A stretch of 64,000 bases of DNA from a virus, in IMG/VR virus record IMGVR_UViG_3300020445_000983, positions 20,880 to 84,879 of that record. One strand, written 5' to 3'. The notes beneath the pieces are model-generated. The model was not told the origin of the DNA. It worked only from the letters and a program-made list of their open reading frames with translations, and did no database searches. Below are positions 32,081 through 39,772 of this stretch, piece after piece. The position numbers were made by a program, and so were the translations under genes. Position 1 is the first letter of the stretch. Each line of letters opens with the position of its first letter.

Positions 32081-32283
32081 CCTTAGGTTGCTAATCCTCC
32101 GCTAGTTTATAACATTTAGTATGACCTTATTGTAGTGCTTATTATATACTTAATAGTACATAGTTTTCCACATTAAAGTAATACTTTTCCACACATATTG
32201 TGGAAGAGATAAAATAACATAGTATATTTAATTTACCATTTATTTATTATAGCGGGGATACTAATCTATGGGTCTATTTGATA

Positions 32284-32616
32284 CTAACTCCACTTGAGAT
32301 TGTTATAATTATCATTCAATTTATCACCGTCTATATGTAAAACATTCCTGCAATCGTTCGTAGTTGGTATAAATGCGGAAGCACATAATCGGGCAATTCT
32401 TCTTACTACGGTCTTACCATTTTGCCTTAATGTAACACGTCTATATCCATTTTCATTTAAATGTGTCTTTAATTGCCTCCATTTTCCATACTTAGCAGAA
32501 TAAACTGTACCATCGCTATCTATAAAATAGTCCTCGTAATCTGGTATCTGTTTGTATACATTACCATCAGCATCTTTGTAGGTGTTGTTATCAACTTTAG
32601 TGAATAAGTAAGTCAT
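32284..32616 (-). CDS. NUMOD4-HNH homing-endonuclease-like protein, truncated
   Basis: IPDYEDYFIDSDGTVYS (NUMOD4), GYRRVTL, VLHIDGDKLNDNYNNLKW; ends before the usual final Asn/His helix. Confidence 0.8.
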   Translation of the reverse strand: MTYLFTKVDNNTYKDADGNVYKQIPDYEDYFIDSDGTVYSAKYGKWRQLKTHLNENGYRRVTLRQNGKTVVRRIARLCASAFIPTTNDCRNVLHIDGDKLNDNYNNLKWS

Positions 32617-32633
32617 TTAATTAATACCTCATT

Positions 32634-33272
32634 TCAAAAAGGGGCGACGTTAAATGTTAACGAAATACGATTAGGATGCCCATTTCCTTCATATCCGTGT
32701 TGCATATTTGGGGGGTGAATGATAACATCTCCCTCGTTATATGGTACAGTACAATCTAATTGATTGAACGCATTTTGTGCTGTGTTGTTAACAACAACTA
32801 CAGGGTAATGTGTGCTGCTACAATGTCTACGAAATTTCATCATTGCGTGCTTAGATGGATCGAAGTTCACGAAATATGTGCCACTATATAACACATTGCT
32901 GTGCTCGTGTGGTGCATACATAGACCCCTCATTACCCAATTCTAAGTATGAATCAGTGAGTTTAATTGTATCGCCTAAATCATATGCTAGTGCGTCCTTA
33001 TTAGTCTTACTAATTGCCTCTAATATCATTTCCTTGATATCACTTAGTTCAGGCAATTCTAGGACATTGTTAACACCTAACTGCGATACTTTATGACTGA
33101 TAGCATATCTTTTATTATCGCTAATTTCAGTTAATGATGATATGTAATCCAGGATGATTTGCTTATGTTCAGTATGATTTTGATTGGTAAATCGTCCCAC
33201 TGGTTGCATAAACAATCCATAGACAGTTGGGTTCGCTATTTGTTCTAAACTGTCACTTAATTCTTCGCTCAT
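32634..33272 (-). CDS. 2OG-Fe(II) oxygenase (TIGR02466-like)
   Basis: PHEHSN..YSGTYFV...EGDVIIHP...HG...RISLTFN. Confidence 0.85.
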   Translation of the reverse strand: MSEELSDSLEQIANPTVYGLFMQPVGRFTNQNHTEHKQIILDYISSLTEISDNKRYAISHKVSQLGVNNVLELPELSDIKEMILEAISKTNKDALAYDLGDTIKLTDSYLELGNEGSMYAPHEHSNVLYSGTYFVNFDPSKHAMMKFRRHCSSTHYPVVVVNNTAQNAFNQLDCTVPYNEGDVIIHPPNMQHGYEGNGHPNRISLTFNVAPF

Positions 33273-33295
33273 TGTTGTTAATTATAAAAGGACAA

Positions 33296-33325
33296 TAAAA
33301 AAGAGGGAAATATTTAATTCCCTCT
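33296..33325 (-). terminator. Intrinsic terminator
   Basis: AGAGGGAA/TTCCCTCT stem followed by a U tract on the minus strand. Confidence 0.6.
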
Positions 33326-33355
33326 ATTATATAGTACTGATTGATACCTTGTCAA
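33326..33355 (-). promoter_or_regulatory. Sigma70-type promoter TTGACA-N18-TATAAT
   Basis: Both hexamers are consensus. Confidence 0.6.
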
Positions 33356-33362
33356 CTGTAAT

Positions 33363-33506
33363 TTAATCAACAATAATGTTAGTTACCAATTCAAATACTT
33401 CAGGTTGAATATTTGCTTGCCTAGAAAGTGCATCTAGGAAAATGTTAGTAACTGTATCTAATTCGTCACCAGTTAGTGATTCATAGATGTCGAAAGTTTG
33501 TGCCAT
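33363..33506 (-). CDS. Small acidic hypothetical protein (47 aa)
   Basis: MAQTFDIYESLTGDELDTVTNIFLDALSRQ...; read manually. Confidence 0.55.
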   Translation of the reverse strand: MAQTFDIYESLTGDELDTVTNIFLDALSRQANIQPEVFELVTNIIVD

Positions 33507-33531
33507 TTGATTAATAACGAAGGTTTGCAAT

Positions 33532-33855
33532 TTAGTCTAGTAACATACCACTAACAAATGGGATTGATGTCTTATCTGATAGTCTGAAGTACCAAGTCCA
33601 GTCTTTCTGATATACACCTTCACCCCATTTTCCGACCGCTTCGATAATAGCGTTAAGGCGGGATTTAGTGGTGTTTGATTGCCAACCTCCGTCAAATAGG
33701 CGGAAATCGATTCTACTTACCTCAGCAATTTTGTTGCCGTGTAAGTATACACTAGCGTTGTTAGTCTCAGGATCAATTTGTACACTTGTGTTGGAAGATT
33801 GCCAGTTAGTTCTGTTAAGAATTGCTTGGTTCATTTGGGATTCAATCTTTCTCAT
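33532..33855 (-). CDS. Cyanophage-type early hypothetical protein (107 aa)
   Basis: MRKIESQMNQAI...VYLHGNKIA...FDGGWQSNTTKSRLNAI; start refined to just after promoter repeat A. Confidence 0.75.
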   Translation of the reverse strand: MRKIESQMNQAILNRTNWQSSNTSVQIDPETNNASVYLHGNKIAEVSRIDFRLFDGGWQSNTTKSRLNAIIEAVGKWGEGVYQKDWTWYFRLSDKTSIPFVSGMLLD

Positions 33856-33880
33856 AAGTGTTTTAATTGCGTTGTTATTA

Positions 33881-33942
33881 TTATAATAGGCGATCAGAGG
33901 GGTAAATGGGGGAAATGTGTGTAGGTTATCTAATTGGCACAC
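33881..33942 (-). repeat. Early promoter repeat, copy A (~62 bp)
   Basis: GTGTGCCAATTAGATAACCTACACACATTTCCCCCATTTACCCCTCTGATCGCCTATTATAA. Confidence 0.8.
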
Positions 33943-33950
33943 TTCCCAGG

Positions 33951-34274
33951 TCAAATGGTGTCATCCTCTGCTAATTTCTTAAATGCCTGATCCATATGAA
34001 ATGTTGGGTTCATTGAATCAACCAAATGATCCACACATTCTCTATAATCAGTGCCATTTGTTATGCACTTCTGTACATCATTAGCAGTGTAATTACCCTC
34101 GTAATTATCACAAACTGATTCTAATGCTGAGAAGATGTTATCAACATCAAGAGAGAAATTGCCTCCTTGATTGTAATCATCATTGCCATCAATGTATCCT
34201 TCTAAACAGTAAAGAATTGTAGAGATTTCGTTACCTGTTAGTGTAACATTGTGGACTGAATCTTCAAAACTCAT
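33951..34274 (-). CDS. Hypothetical early protein
   Basis: 107-aa acidic ORF, stop/start coupled to the upstream gene. Confidence 0.65.
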   Translation of the reverse strand: MSFEDSVHNVTLTGNEISTILYCLEGYIDGNDDYNQGGNFSLDVDNIFSALESVCDNYEGNYTANDVQKCITNGTDYRECVDHLVDSMNPTFHMDQAFKKLAEDDTI

Positions 34275-34492
34275 TAATACTCCTCCTGTGCAATAAATGG
34301 GGTAATGTTATCATTAGTGACCTTATATCCTGTCACCTCAGCATTAACGTAATCCTGGGAATCATCATCCCTAATTGAATGATTGGAGTTCAAATAGCAT
34401 TGAATTTCTTCTGCTAAGTGTACAGGATTGAGGGCATCTTCACTATCATATACTATACGAAATGTGAAGTCTTTAACTAATACTTTAGTCAT
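34274..34492 (-). CDS. Hypothetical early protein
   Basis: 72-aa coupled ORF. Confidence 0.6.
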   Translation of the reverse strand: MTKVLVKDFTFRIVYDSEDALNPVHLAEEIQCYLNSNHSIRDDDSQDYVNAEVTGYKVTNDNITPFIAQEEY

Positions 34493-34745
34493 CTAATTCC
34501 TCCTCTAATTGTGTTAAGTCGTTGAGGAATAACCACTCGTACTTATCACTTGGATCTTTGCCATCTACAACATATTCTGAATAGATAGCGTCCGCATCTT
34601 CGTACATATCGAAGTCAACAAAGGTGCGTAATTTGCACAAGTAATTATCTTCTAAGAGACGAATACTTGCTTCTCTGTGTGTTACCACGTCCATTGAATT
34701 CATCTCCTTAATAGTTAGAAAGTGTACGATAGGGTTTGTGTACAT
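34485..34745 (-). CDS. Hypothetical early protein
   Basis: Acidic ORF; start uncertain. Confidence 0.55.
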   Translation of the reverse strand: MYTNPIVHFLTIKEMNSMDVVTHREASIRLLEDNYLCKLRTFVDFDMYEDADAIYSEYVVDGKDPSDKYEWLFLNDLTQLEEELDD

Positions 34746-34980
34746 ATTGTACACAATTAGGGAATAGAGATAACATCATATCTCTTACTCTTTCACGGTC
34801 TACACTATCACCACCTCCCCAAGTATAGCGAGGATGGTTAATCTTAGCAGCACTGATTAGAGTCTTACGATATTGCCCATAAGCAGCAAATAAGCGTTCT
34901 TTAGTACATCCAGCGATAGGATATAACCCATCATCAGTGTTATAAAAAGAATAGCAATAATCAATGAATTCTTGGATCAT
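34708..34980 (-). CDS. Hypothetical early protein
   Basis: EFIDYCYSFY...GLYPI...WGGGDSVDRERVRD; first gene after promoter repeat B. Confidence 0.7.
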   Translation of the reverse strand: MIQEFIDYCYSFYNTDDGLYPIAGCTKERLFAAYGQYRKTLISAAKINHPRYTWGGGDSVDRERVRDMMLSLFPNCVQYVHKPYRTLSNY

Positions 34981-35003
34981 AAGGTTTGAATTTCGTTGTT
35001 ATG

Positions 35004-35066
35004 TATACAATAGAGCATTTGATAGGCAAATGGGGAAAATGTGTGTAGGTTAGTGTACTGTCACAC
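35004..35066 (-). repeat. Early promoter repeat, copy B
   Basis: GTGTGACAGTACACTAACCTACACACATTTTCCCCATTTGCCTATCAAATGCTCTATTGTATA. Confidence 0.8.
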
Positions 35067-35217
35067 CCCACTCGTATTTGTCTATACTTTTGTGGCAGAC
35101 TTGACAGGTTAATGCACACCAAGCAAAATGAAATACCCTTGCATTGTTATTACAATGTGGGCATACTATTTGTTTGCCGTTAACACCTGCACGAGTGAAT
35201 CTGTTAACTAAGTTCAT
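35050..35217 (-). CDS. Small zinc-ribbon protein (55 aa)
   Basis: CPHC...CQVC; its stop lies inside promoter repeat B; read manually. Confidence 0.65.
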   Translation of the reverse strand: MNLVNRFTRAGVNGKQIVCPHCNNNARVFHFAWCALTCQVCHKSIDKYEWGVTVH

Positions 35218-35351
35218 AGAATTAATGCAAGTTTACGTTTGATAGTGTTCCAAAATTCATTCTCATTATCATCAATGAGATCAATTTGTTCGAGATTGAT
35301 TAATACATTGAGTGCATCAATCTCTTCAGTTGTTAGTATATTATCAGGCAT
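35214..35351 (-). CDS. Small hypothetical protein
   Basis: MPDNILTTEEIDAL...; coupled to both neighbours. Confidence 0.5.
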   Translation of the reverse strand: MPDNILTTEEIDALNVLINLEQIDLIDDNENEFWNTIKRKLALIL

Positions 35352-35581
35352 TATAGACCATCCTTGATTGTTAATGAGTTTGCGTGATTCCAGAGGTTGT
35401 TTAAACAAAATGAATGAATTGCGAAGAGATCATTCATATTAACCCCACTCAAATCGTCCCACTCTGAAACATAATCTTGATTGTCAAAATCACCTGTTCC
35501 ATTATCATATTGTGGGCAAGATCTGAAATCTTGGTTATCATCAACCCAGAATAGTCTTCCGAAAGATTTACTGTGAAACAT
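35351..35581 (-). CDS. Hypothetical early protein
   Basis: GGAG RBS; MFHSKSFGRLFWVD...CPQYDNGTGDF. Confidence 0.65.
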   Translation of the reverse strand: MFHSKSFGRLFWVDDNQDFRSCPQYDNGTGDFDNQDYVSEWDDLSGVNMNDLFAIHSFCLNNLWNHANSLTIKDGL

Positions 35582-35603
35582 TGCTAATTCTCCTTAATAG
35601 TGT

Positions 35604-35765
35604 TTACTGATCTGCAATTATATCCCATACTGAGATATAATTTAATAACCAAGTTCTTTGGTCATTTGTGACATTTTGAGTGTACAATATGTCATCCGCA
35701 GATTGTAACTCAAGAGAGTTCAATTTGCAGTAGTCATATAATACATCTGAGAGGAAATTTAGCAT
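35604..35765 (-). CDS. Small hypothetical protein
   Basis: MLNFLSDVLYDYC...SADDIL...WLLNYISVWD; start refined. Confidence 0.6.
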   Translation of the reverse strand: MLNFLSDVLYDYCKLNSLELQSADDILYTQNVTNDQRTWLLNYISVWDIIADQ

Positions 35766-35777
35766 AATAAAAGTTAT

Positions 35778-35804
35778 ATAAAATGGGGTGCAAAAGCACC
35801 CCAT
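35778..35804 (-). terminator. Intrinsic terminator
   Basis: ATGGGGTGC-TTTT-GCACCCCAT followed by TTTA on the minus strand. Confidence 0.65.
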
Positions 35805-35812
35805 AAGTGTAA

Positions 35813-35917
35813 TTAAACCTCGGTTTGTAGATACTCAAGATAACGATCAATTACTTGGAGTAATTCGTTACCATTTGAGGCATCTTCGAGTTGTGCAAAA
35901 AGTGATGGATTTGCCAT
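35813..35917 (-). CDS. 34-aa peptide
   Basis: MANPSLFAQLEDASNGNELLQVIDRYLEYLQTEV; read manually. Confidence 0.5.
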   Translation of the reverse strand: MANPSLFAQLEDASNGNELLQVIDRYLEYLQTEV

Positions 35918-35945
35918 TTTAAATGAGCGAGGTTAACAGTTGAAA

Positions 35946-36065
35946 GAAGGACTTACACTCAATGATTGATGTTAGCACTCACACTAACCCATTGGATGCC
36001 TTTATTGTTGGGACTTACACGAATTGGCGTTTAGCAACTAAATGCTTGCGAGATCAATGCCCAAC
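35946..36065 (-). ncRNA. Tandem pair of structured elements sharing a GGCA / GUGUAAGUCC internal loop (unclassified cis-acting RNA candidate)
   Basis: Copy 1 GUUGGG-CA...GUGUAAGU-CCCAAC (36065-36007). Copy 2 AAGG-CA...GUGUAAGU-CCUU (36002-35947). Each has inner stems. Confidence 0.5.
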
Positions 36066-36069
36066 GAGA

Positions 36070-36132
36070 TCAGAGAGGATAGTGTTTGATGTACTCTAGG
36101 ATCTCATCATAGTCAAATTCAAGTTGCATCAT
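36070..36132 (-). CDS. 20-aa peptide directly upstream of the structured motif
   Basis: MMQLEFDYDEILEYIKHYPL; ATGA overlap with the upstream stop. Confidence 0.35.
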   Translation of the reverse strand: MMQLEFDYDEILEYIKHYPL

Positions 36133-36281
36133 CTGGAATAGTATAGGGTGAACTCGGTGAGGATCTTGGGTGAAGGTCGGAAGATGACTGGTTGGAGTCG
36201 TTGAGCGATCCGATCAAAGAAGATATAGGAACGATCTTCCCATTTCTTGTAAGATCCCCATTTCTTGTCTTTGAAGGTCAT
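36129..36281 (-). CDS. 50-aa basic peptide, first gene after promoter repeat C
   Basis: MTFKDKKWGSYKKWEDRSYIFFDRIAQ...; internal 12-bp direct repeat. Confidence 0.45.
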   Translation of the reverse strand: MTFKDKKWGSYKKWEDRSYIFFDRIAQRLQPVIFRPSPKILTEFTLYYSR

Positions 36282-36305
36282 TTGGGTTGTTCCCTTGTTG
36301 ACTTC

Positions 36306-36368
36306 TTAATAATAGGCGATCAGGTGGGTAAATGGTGAAACTGTGTGTAGGTTGTTCAACCGTCACAG
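36306..36368 (-). repeat. Early promoter repeat, copy C
   Basis: CTGTGACGGTTGAACAACCTACACACAGTTTCACCATTTACCCACCTGATCGCCTATTATTAA. Confidence 0.8.
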
Positions 36369-36619
36369 TCTGGACAATCTCCAGAATCTTCTACAGTACC
36401 ATCATTACATCCTATGCAACGATTTTTATGTAGAATCCTCTGCTGCTCTAGTATCACTGACTCGTGATAATCGAACAGTCTTTCGATCTTATCCTGTATG
36501 CTCCTGAATAGGTCAGTATCCTCTTTATTGTCTGATACTGCTATGGCATCACTCAACAGTTGATCTATGGTCACATAGTCCTCGTCCGAGAACTCCACGA
36601 AATCTCTATAGGTCTTCAT
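36356..36619 (-). CDS. Hypothetical protein with C-terminal CxxC...CxxC
   Basis: CIGC...CPDC; ATGA overlap with the nuclease gene. Confidence 0.65.
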   Translation of the reverse strand: MKTYRDFVEFSDEDYVTIDQLLSDAIAVSDNKEDTDLFRSIQDKIERLFDYHESVILEQQRILHKNRCIGCNDGTVEDSGDCPDCDG

Positions 36620-37137
36620 AGCACTTGAACTCCGTACTGTCTGATTAGTTTGTTAGGGATAGTGTACCCTAGGCGAGGATCTTTTCTGTTGCTGGTGCTC
36701 TCAAATTGTCTCTTGAGATTTGGCACAAGGATATCAAGCACTTGTTGTGCGGTCATCCTGTACACTTCAACAACCTTGCCGAGGTGATAGCGTGCGAAGA
36801 AATGGTGATGATATTTACCAATTTTCTCCTCACGTAGGTATTTAACCTGCTTTTCCCAGGTCTCCTGTACACTGATACCATTATAGGTCGCTGTAAGTTT
36901 CTTGCCTATGGTTGACTTGTACTCTACAGGTCTATCATTCTCATCATAGGCATCTGCACCAGAATAGTCATCTGCTACGCTATGACCTAGCAGACCAGCA
37001 AGGTGTATTTCTCTACTGCGTGCATAACTGAAGGGATCACCCCAGTTCTGAGCATCACAGAGTTCATACATCTGCTCAAAGAGTTCTTGGTATTGTTGCT
37101 CTGGTGTGGTCACTGGAATTGTGAAAGAAGGGGACAT
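36616..37137 (-). CDS. PvuII-like PD-(D/E)XK restriction-endonuclease-fold protein (173 aa)
   Basis: GADAYDENDRPVEYKS resembles PvuII GNDAVDNAGQEYELKS; FFARY..GKVVEVYRM and IPNKLIRQYG resemble PvuII IFAIY..IAIEAIYRL and IPVKYVMEHG (compared from memory). Start refined to ATG 37137. Confidence 0.7.
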   Translation of the reverse strand: MSPSFTIPVTTPEQQYQELFEQMYELCDAQNWGDPFSYARSREIHLAGLLGHSVADDYSGADAYDENDRPVEYKSTIGKKLTATYNGISVQETWEKQVKYLREEKIGKYHHHFFARYHLGKVVEVYRMTAQQVLDILVPNLKRQFESTSNRKDPRLGYTIPNKLIRQYGVQVL

Positions 37138-37165
37138 AATAAAATGTAGTAAAAAAGACCTGTGC

Positions 37166-37348
37166 CTACTGGCAGAGATCTTCAAATCGTTGTTGTGCTT
37201 CTTGGATGATGCACTCAAGTGTACCTGATTTGTTTCTCCAGCAAAGTTCGTTGAGTTGATCTTCGGTGAGTTCATTAGCGATTCTGAACTCTTCCCAGAC
37301 TTCATCGTGAAGTTGCTCAAGAATCATTTCATTCTGAAGGACTGACAT
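37166..37348 (-). CDS. Small acidic hypothetical protein
   Basis: MSVLQNEMILEQLHDEVWEE...AQQRFEDLCQ. Confidence 0.65.
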   Translation of the reverse strand: MSVLQNEMILEQLHDEVWEEFRIANELTEDQLNELCWRNKSGTLECIIQEAQQRFEDLCQ

Positions 37349-37507
37349 TTAAGCAACCTCCTTAGCGTCAAGAACTGCGTCCCATAGTTTGTCGAACTGG
37401 TCGCAGTGCTCGCTGGTCTCCTGAAGGTCAAGGTCAGCGATAGTTGAAAAGAGATCAGTGAGTAGTTCGTGCTGATCTTGAGAGAGTTGTAGTGTAACGT
37501 TGTTCAT
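37349..37507 (-). CDS. Small acidic hypothetical protein
   Basis: MNNVTLQLSQDQHELL...; start refined to just after promoter repeat D. Confidence 0.6.
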   Translation of the reverse strand: MNNVTLQLSQDQHELLTDLFSTIADLDLQETSEHCDQFDKLWDAVLDAKEVA

Positions 37508-37511
37508 ATTG

Positions 37512-37571
37512 TTAATATAGTCGATTTTAGGGTCAAATGGTAAAAGTGTGTGTAGGTTAGTCAACTGGCAC
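37512..37571 (-). repeat. Early promoter repeat, copy D
   Basis: GTGCCAGTTGACTAACCTACACACACTTTTACCATTTGACCCTAAAATCGACTATATTAA. Confidence 0.8.
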
Positions 37572-37733
37572 CTACTGACCATTGGTGTATGATCCCATCA
37601 AGCAAGCACCATATCTTACCTCAGCATATCCATACTCTTCGGATAGGTCTAGGCAAAGACCCCAACAATCGTCAAGGTCAACAAATGAGGAATTCTCATA
37701 AGGTGCGGATGGGCAGTGAACTGAATATCTCAT
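37572..37733 (-). CDS. Small hypothetical protein (53 aa)
   Basis: MRYSVHCPSAPYENSSFVDLDDCWGLCLDLSEEYGYAEVRYG...; read manually. Confidence 0.65.
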   Translation of the reverse strand: MRYSVHCPSAPYENSSFVDLDDCWGLCLDLSEEYGYAEVRYGACLMGSYTNGQ

Positions 37734-37769
37734 AGTTTTAATTTCGTTTGTATAATACCATTATTGCAT

Positions 37770-37793
37770 AAAAAAATGCCCTTGTGGGCATTT
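37770..37793 (-). terminator. Intrinsic terminator embedded in a degenerate promoter repeat
   Basis: AAATGCCC-ACAA-GGGCATTT followed by a U tract, located between GTGCCA and a -10-like box. Confidence 0.65.
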
Positions 37794-37819
37794 AGTGGTC
37801 GATTTCTTTTTTGGCACAG

Positions 37820-38230
37820 TTACCAGTGGGTTCCTAGGTGAGTCATTGTATTTTTGAATGAGTCCTTAGTGCTGGTATTGGTTAGGTCAATAGTTGGTGT
37901 TACACTGGTGTCTTTTGCTATCTTGCCATCCTTGTCAATGTATCCCCAAGTTTTGCTATACCCTCCACGATCACTAGGTGCTACTGCTGTTATGAGTAGA
38001 CCGTCATTAACGTCAGTTGTATTAAATGCCCAGACTGTACTAGCGTTATCTCCAGAGATTTTCGCTTTCTTCGCTTCCAGTAGGTAGTTCGCACCATTGG
38101 TGCCACCTGCTGTCGTCTTTGCTGCTGCAATGCGTGCATTGATAGCGTTCAAGCGGTAAGTCTTCGCCTTTGCCACTAACGCATCACATATCTCTGTGCC
38201 TAGAGATGTAACTGTGCTACTAACTGCCAT
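37820..38230 (-). CDS. Hypothetical late-expressed Ala/Thr-rich protein (136 aa)
   Basis: Has its own TATAAATA promoter, an AAGGA RBS and a downstream terminator. Confidence 0.7.
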   Translation of the reverse strand: MAVSSTVTSLGTEICDALVAKAKTYRLNAINARIAAAKTTAGGTNGANYLLEAKKAKISGDNASTVWAFNTTDVNDGLLITAVAPSDRGGYSKTWGYIDKDGKIAKDTSVTPTIDLTNTSTKDSFKNTMTHLGTHW

Positions 38231-38256
38231 TATCCTTAAAGTAACTTGTCCATATC

Positions 38257-38264
38257 TATTTATA
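38257..38264 (-). promoter_or_regulatory. T4-type late promoter TATAAATA
   Basis: Exact consensus. Confidence 0.75.
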
Positions 38265-39506
38265 CTATCTACGAACTACTCTAGGTGGGATACCATCAAC
38301 AAAGATATTGTCAATTACTTTCTGCAACCTATTAATAGTTCTTGTACCATATTCTTTATGAATTGGTACAGTAACATAACCAGTAGGTTTGGCATAGAAT
38401 TTCATCTCACCTGCTTTTATCCTTCCCTCATTGATACTTTGCCTATCTCTTTTATCCATACGAATAACACGACCTACAGTCTGTGCCATTTCAACTAGAT
38501 TTAAGGTGCGTAATAATATGCAGTGAGTAAGACCTGGGACAGAGATACCCTCACTAAGTATACTATAATGAAAGACAATAAACTTGCGGTTAATGTCACT
38601 ACCATAGTCTCTAAGTGTGTTGAAAAATATATCTCTCTTAACTTTCTTATCATTGACATAAGCACCGAACTTACTGGTAATATGTAGTACATCATACCCT
38701 CTACTTCTTAACTCATTGAGTATAGTAGTATGACCGAGGATATTACTTAGCACCTTAGAAGATGGTACACTAACTAACACCTTACCAGACTTATCTTTAG
38801 GTAGGTTGTTAAGTATATCTTGAATAGTAATGCTATGATGTATATGCTGTCTTTCTTTTACAAAATGTAAATCAGTCTCAAAAGGTACAATAGTAGGTGA
38901 TACTATGCTACCGTTGTTAATTAACTCTTTTGCCTGTACATTCTCTAATACATTACCATAAACTAAACTGTTATTCATCCCCCTATTATTACCAGAAGAA
39001 AGAACAGGAGTAGCAGTAAAGTAATAGGATTGAACAGCAACATCAGACATAGAAGCAACACTAGGAAAGAAATTGCGTTTCGTAGAGTTATGTGCCTCGT
39101 CAAAATAGCAGCAATCAATATTAATATTAGCAGATAGAATACGTCCAAGTGAGTGATATGTAGCGAAGATCAATTTAGGTCTCTTCCAGTTATTAACAGC
39201 AAAGTCATATATCTCAGTTGAGTTAGTAGTTTGCTGGTGTTTTGTATCTCCTGAGTGTACGTGAAGCACACCAGAATATGTCTTAATAACTGATAAGAAT
39301 TCCTCACATAGTTGTTGTGCTAATAATATTCTAGGTGCAACAACTACAATAGTTCTAGTATTATCGTGCTCTAGTAATTGCTTGGCGTGCTGTATCATAA
39401 TCATAGTCTTTCCACCACCAGTGGGAACTATGACCTGACCCTTGTCAGCGTCAAACATACTATTTAAAGCACGTTGTTGATGTGGACGTAAGACGATCAA
39501 TTTCAA
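38265..39506 (-). CDS. Superfamily-2 DEAH helicase (ResIII-like)
   Basis: LRPHQ Q-motif, PTGGGKT, FDEAH, FTATP, ILSEGISVP, QTVGRVIR. Confidence 0.9.
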   Translation of the reverse strand: MKLIVLRPHQQRALNSMFDADKGQVIVPTGGGKTMIMIQHAKQLLEHDNTRTIVVVAPRILLAQQLCEEFLSVIKTYSGVLHVHSGDTKHQQTTNSTEIYDFAVNNWKRPKLIFATYHSLGRILSANINIDCCYFDEAHNSTKRNFFPSVASMSDVAVQSYYFTATPVLSSGNNRGMNNSLVYGNVLENVQAKELINNGSIVSPTIVPFETDLHFVKERQHIHHSITIQDILNNLPKDKSGKVLVSVPSSKVLSNILGHTTILNELRSRGYDVLHITSKFGAYVNDKKVKRDIFFNTLRDYGSDINRKFIVFHYSILSEGISVPGLTHCILLRTLNLVEMAQTVGRVIRMDKRDRQSINEGRIKAGEMKFYAKPTGYVTVPIHKEYGTRTINRLQKVIDNIFVDGIPPRVVRR

Positions 39507-39628
39507 ATCTCATTAATATAAGTACAATAGTCTATTTTAAGACTATTTCACGATTTGATGTGACAGTTAGTCGATTGTCTTCCTTCTCAGGTGGTACCGC
39601 ATCAACAACTCATATATTTTATCAAGGA

Positions 39629-39769
39629 TCATAGTTTTGCTGTTACTCCAACAACTTGAGCATTTGGGTTGCGTGCTAGTGCTACCTCTCTTGCCTCTTG
39701 ATAGTTGCGTGCTATGACATTCTCACAGAATACCTTACCAGCAACATAGAGTTTTACTTCAATGTTCAA
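39629..39769 (-). CDS. Small cyanophage-type hypothetical protein (46 aa, TTG start)
   Basis: IEVKLYVAGKVFCENVIARNYQEAREVALARNPNAQVVGVTA; read manually. Confidence 0.65.
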   Translation of the reverse strand: MNIEVKLYVAGKVFCENVIARNYQEAREVALARNPNAQVVGVTAKL

Positions 39770-39772
39770 TGG

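Larger units (their letters stand above)
31379..32207. other. Candidate replication origin or packaging region (iteron-like TTTGTGTTA repeats, DnaA-like boxes, divergent promoters)
   Basis: TGTTACTTAGTG at 31379 and 31405; TTTGTGT(T)A-type words near 31401, 31434, 31767, 31836, 32021, 32032; TTTTCCACA at 32164 and 32185; inverted TGTGGAAGA at 32199; AT-rich tract follows. Confidence 0.45.

Noticed and set aside
37138-37320. 61-aa N-terminal extension of the nuclease ORF
   Set aside because: It overlaps the plausible 37166-37348 gene; the ATG at 37137 gives a PvuII-sized protein.
33881-37571. Repeats as a CRISPR array or integron attC sites
   Set aside because: Spacing exceeds 1 kb, copies are degenerate and end in -10-like boxes, and I saw no cas or integrase gene and no attC palindrome.
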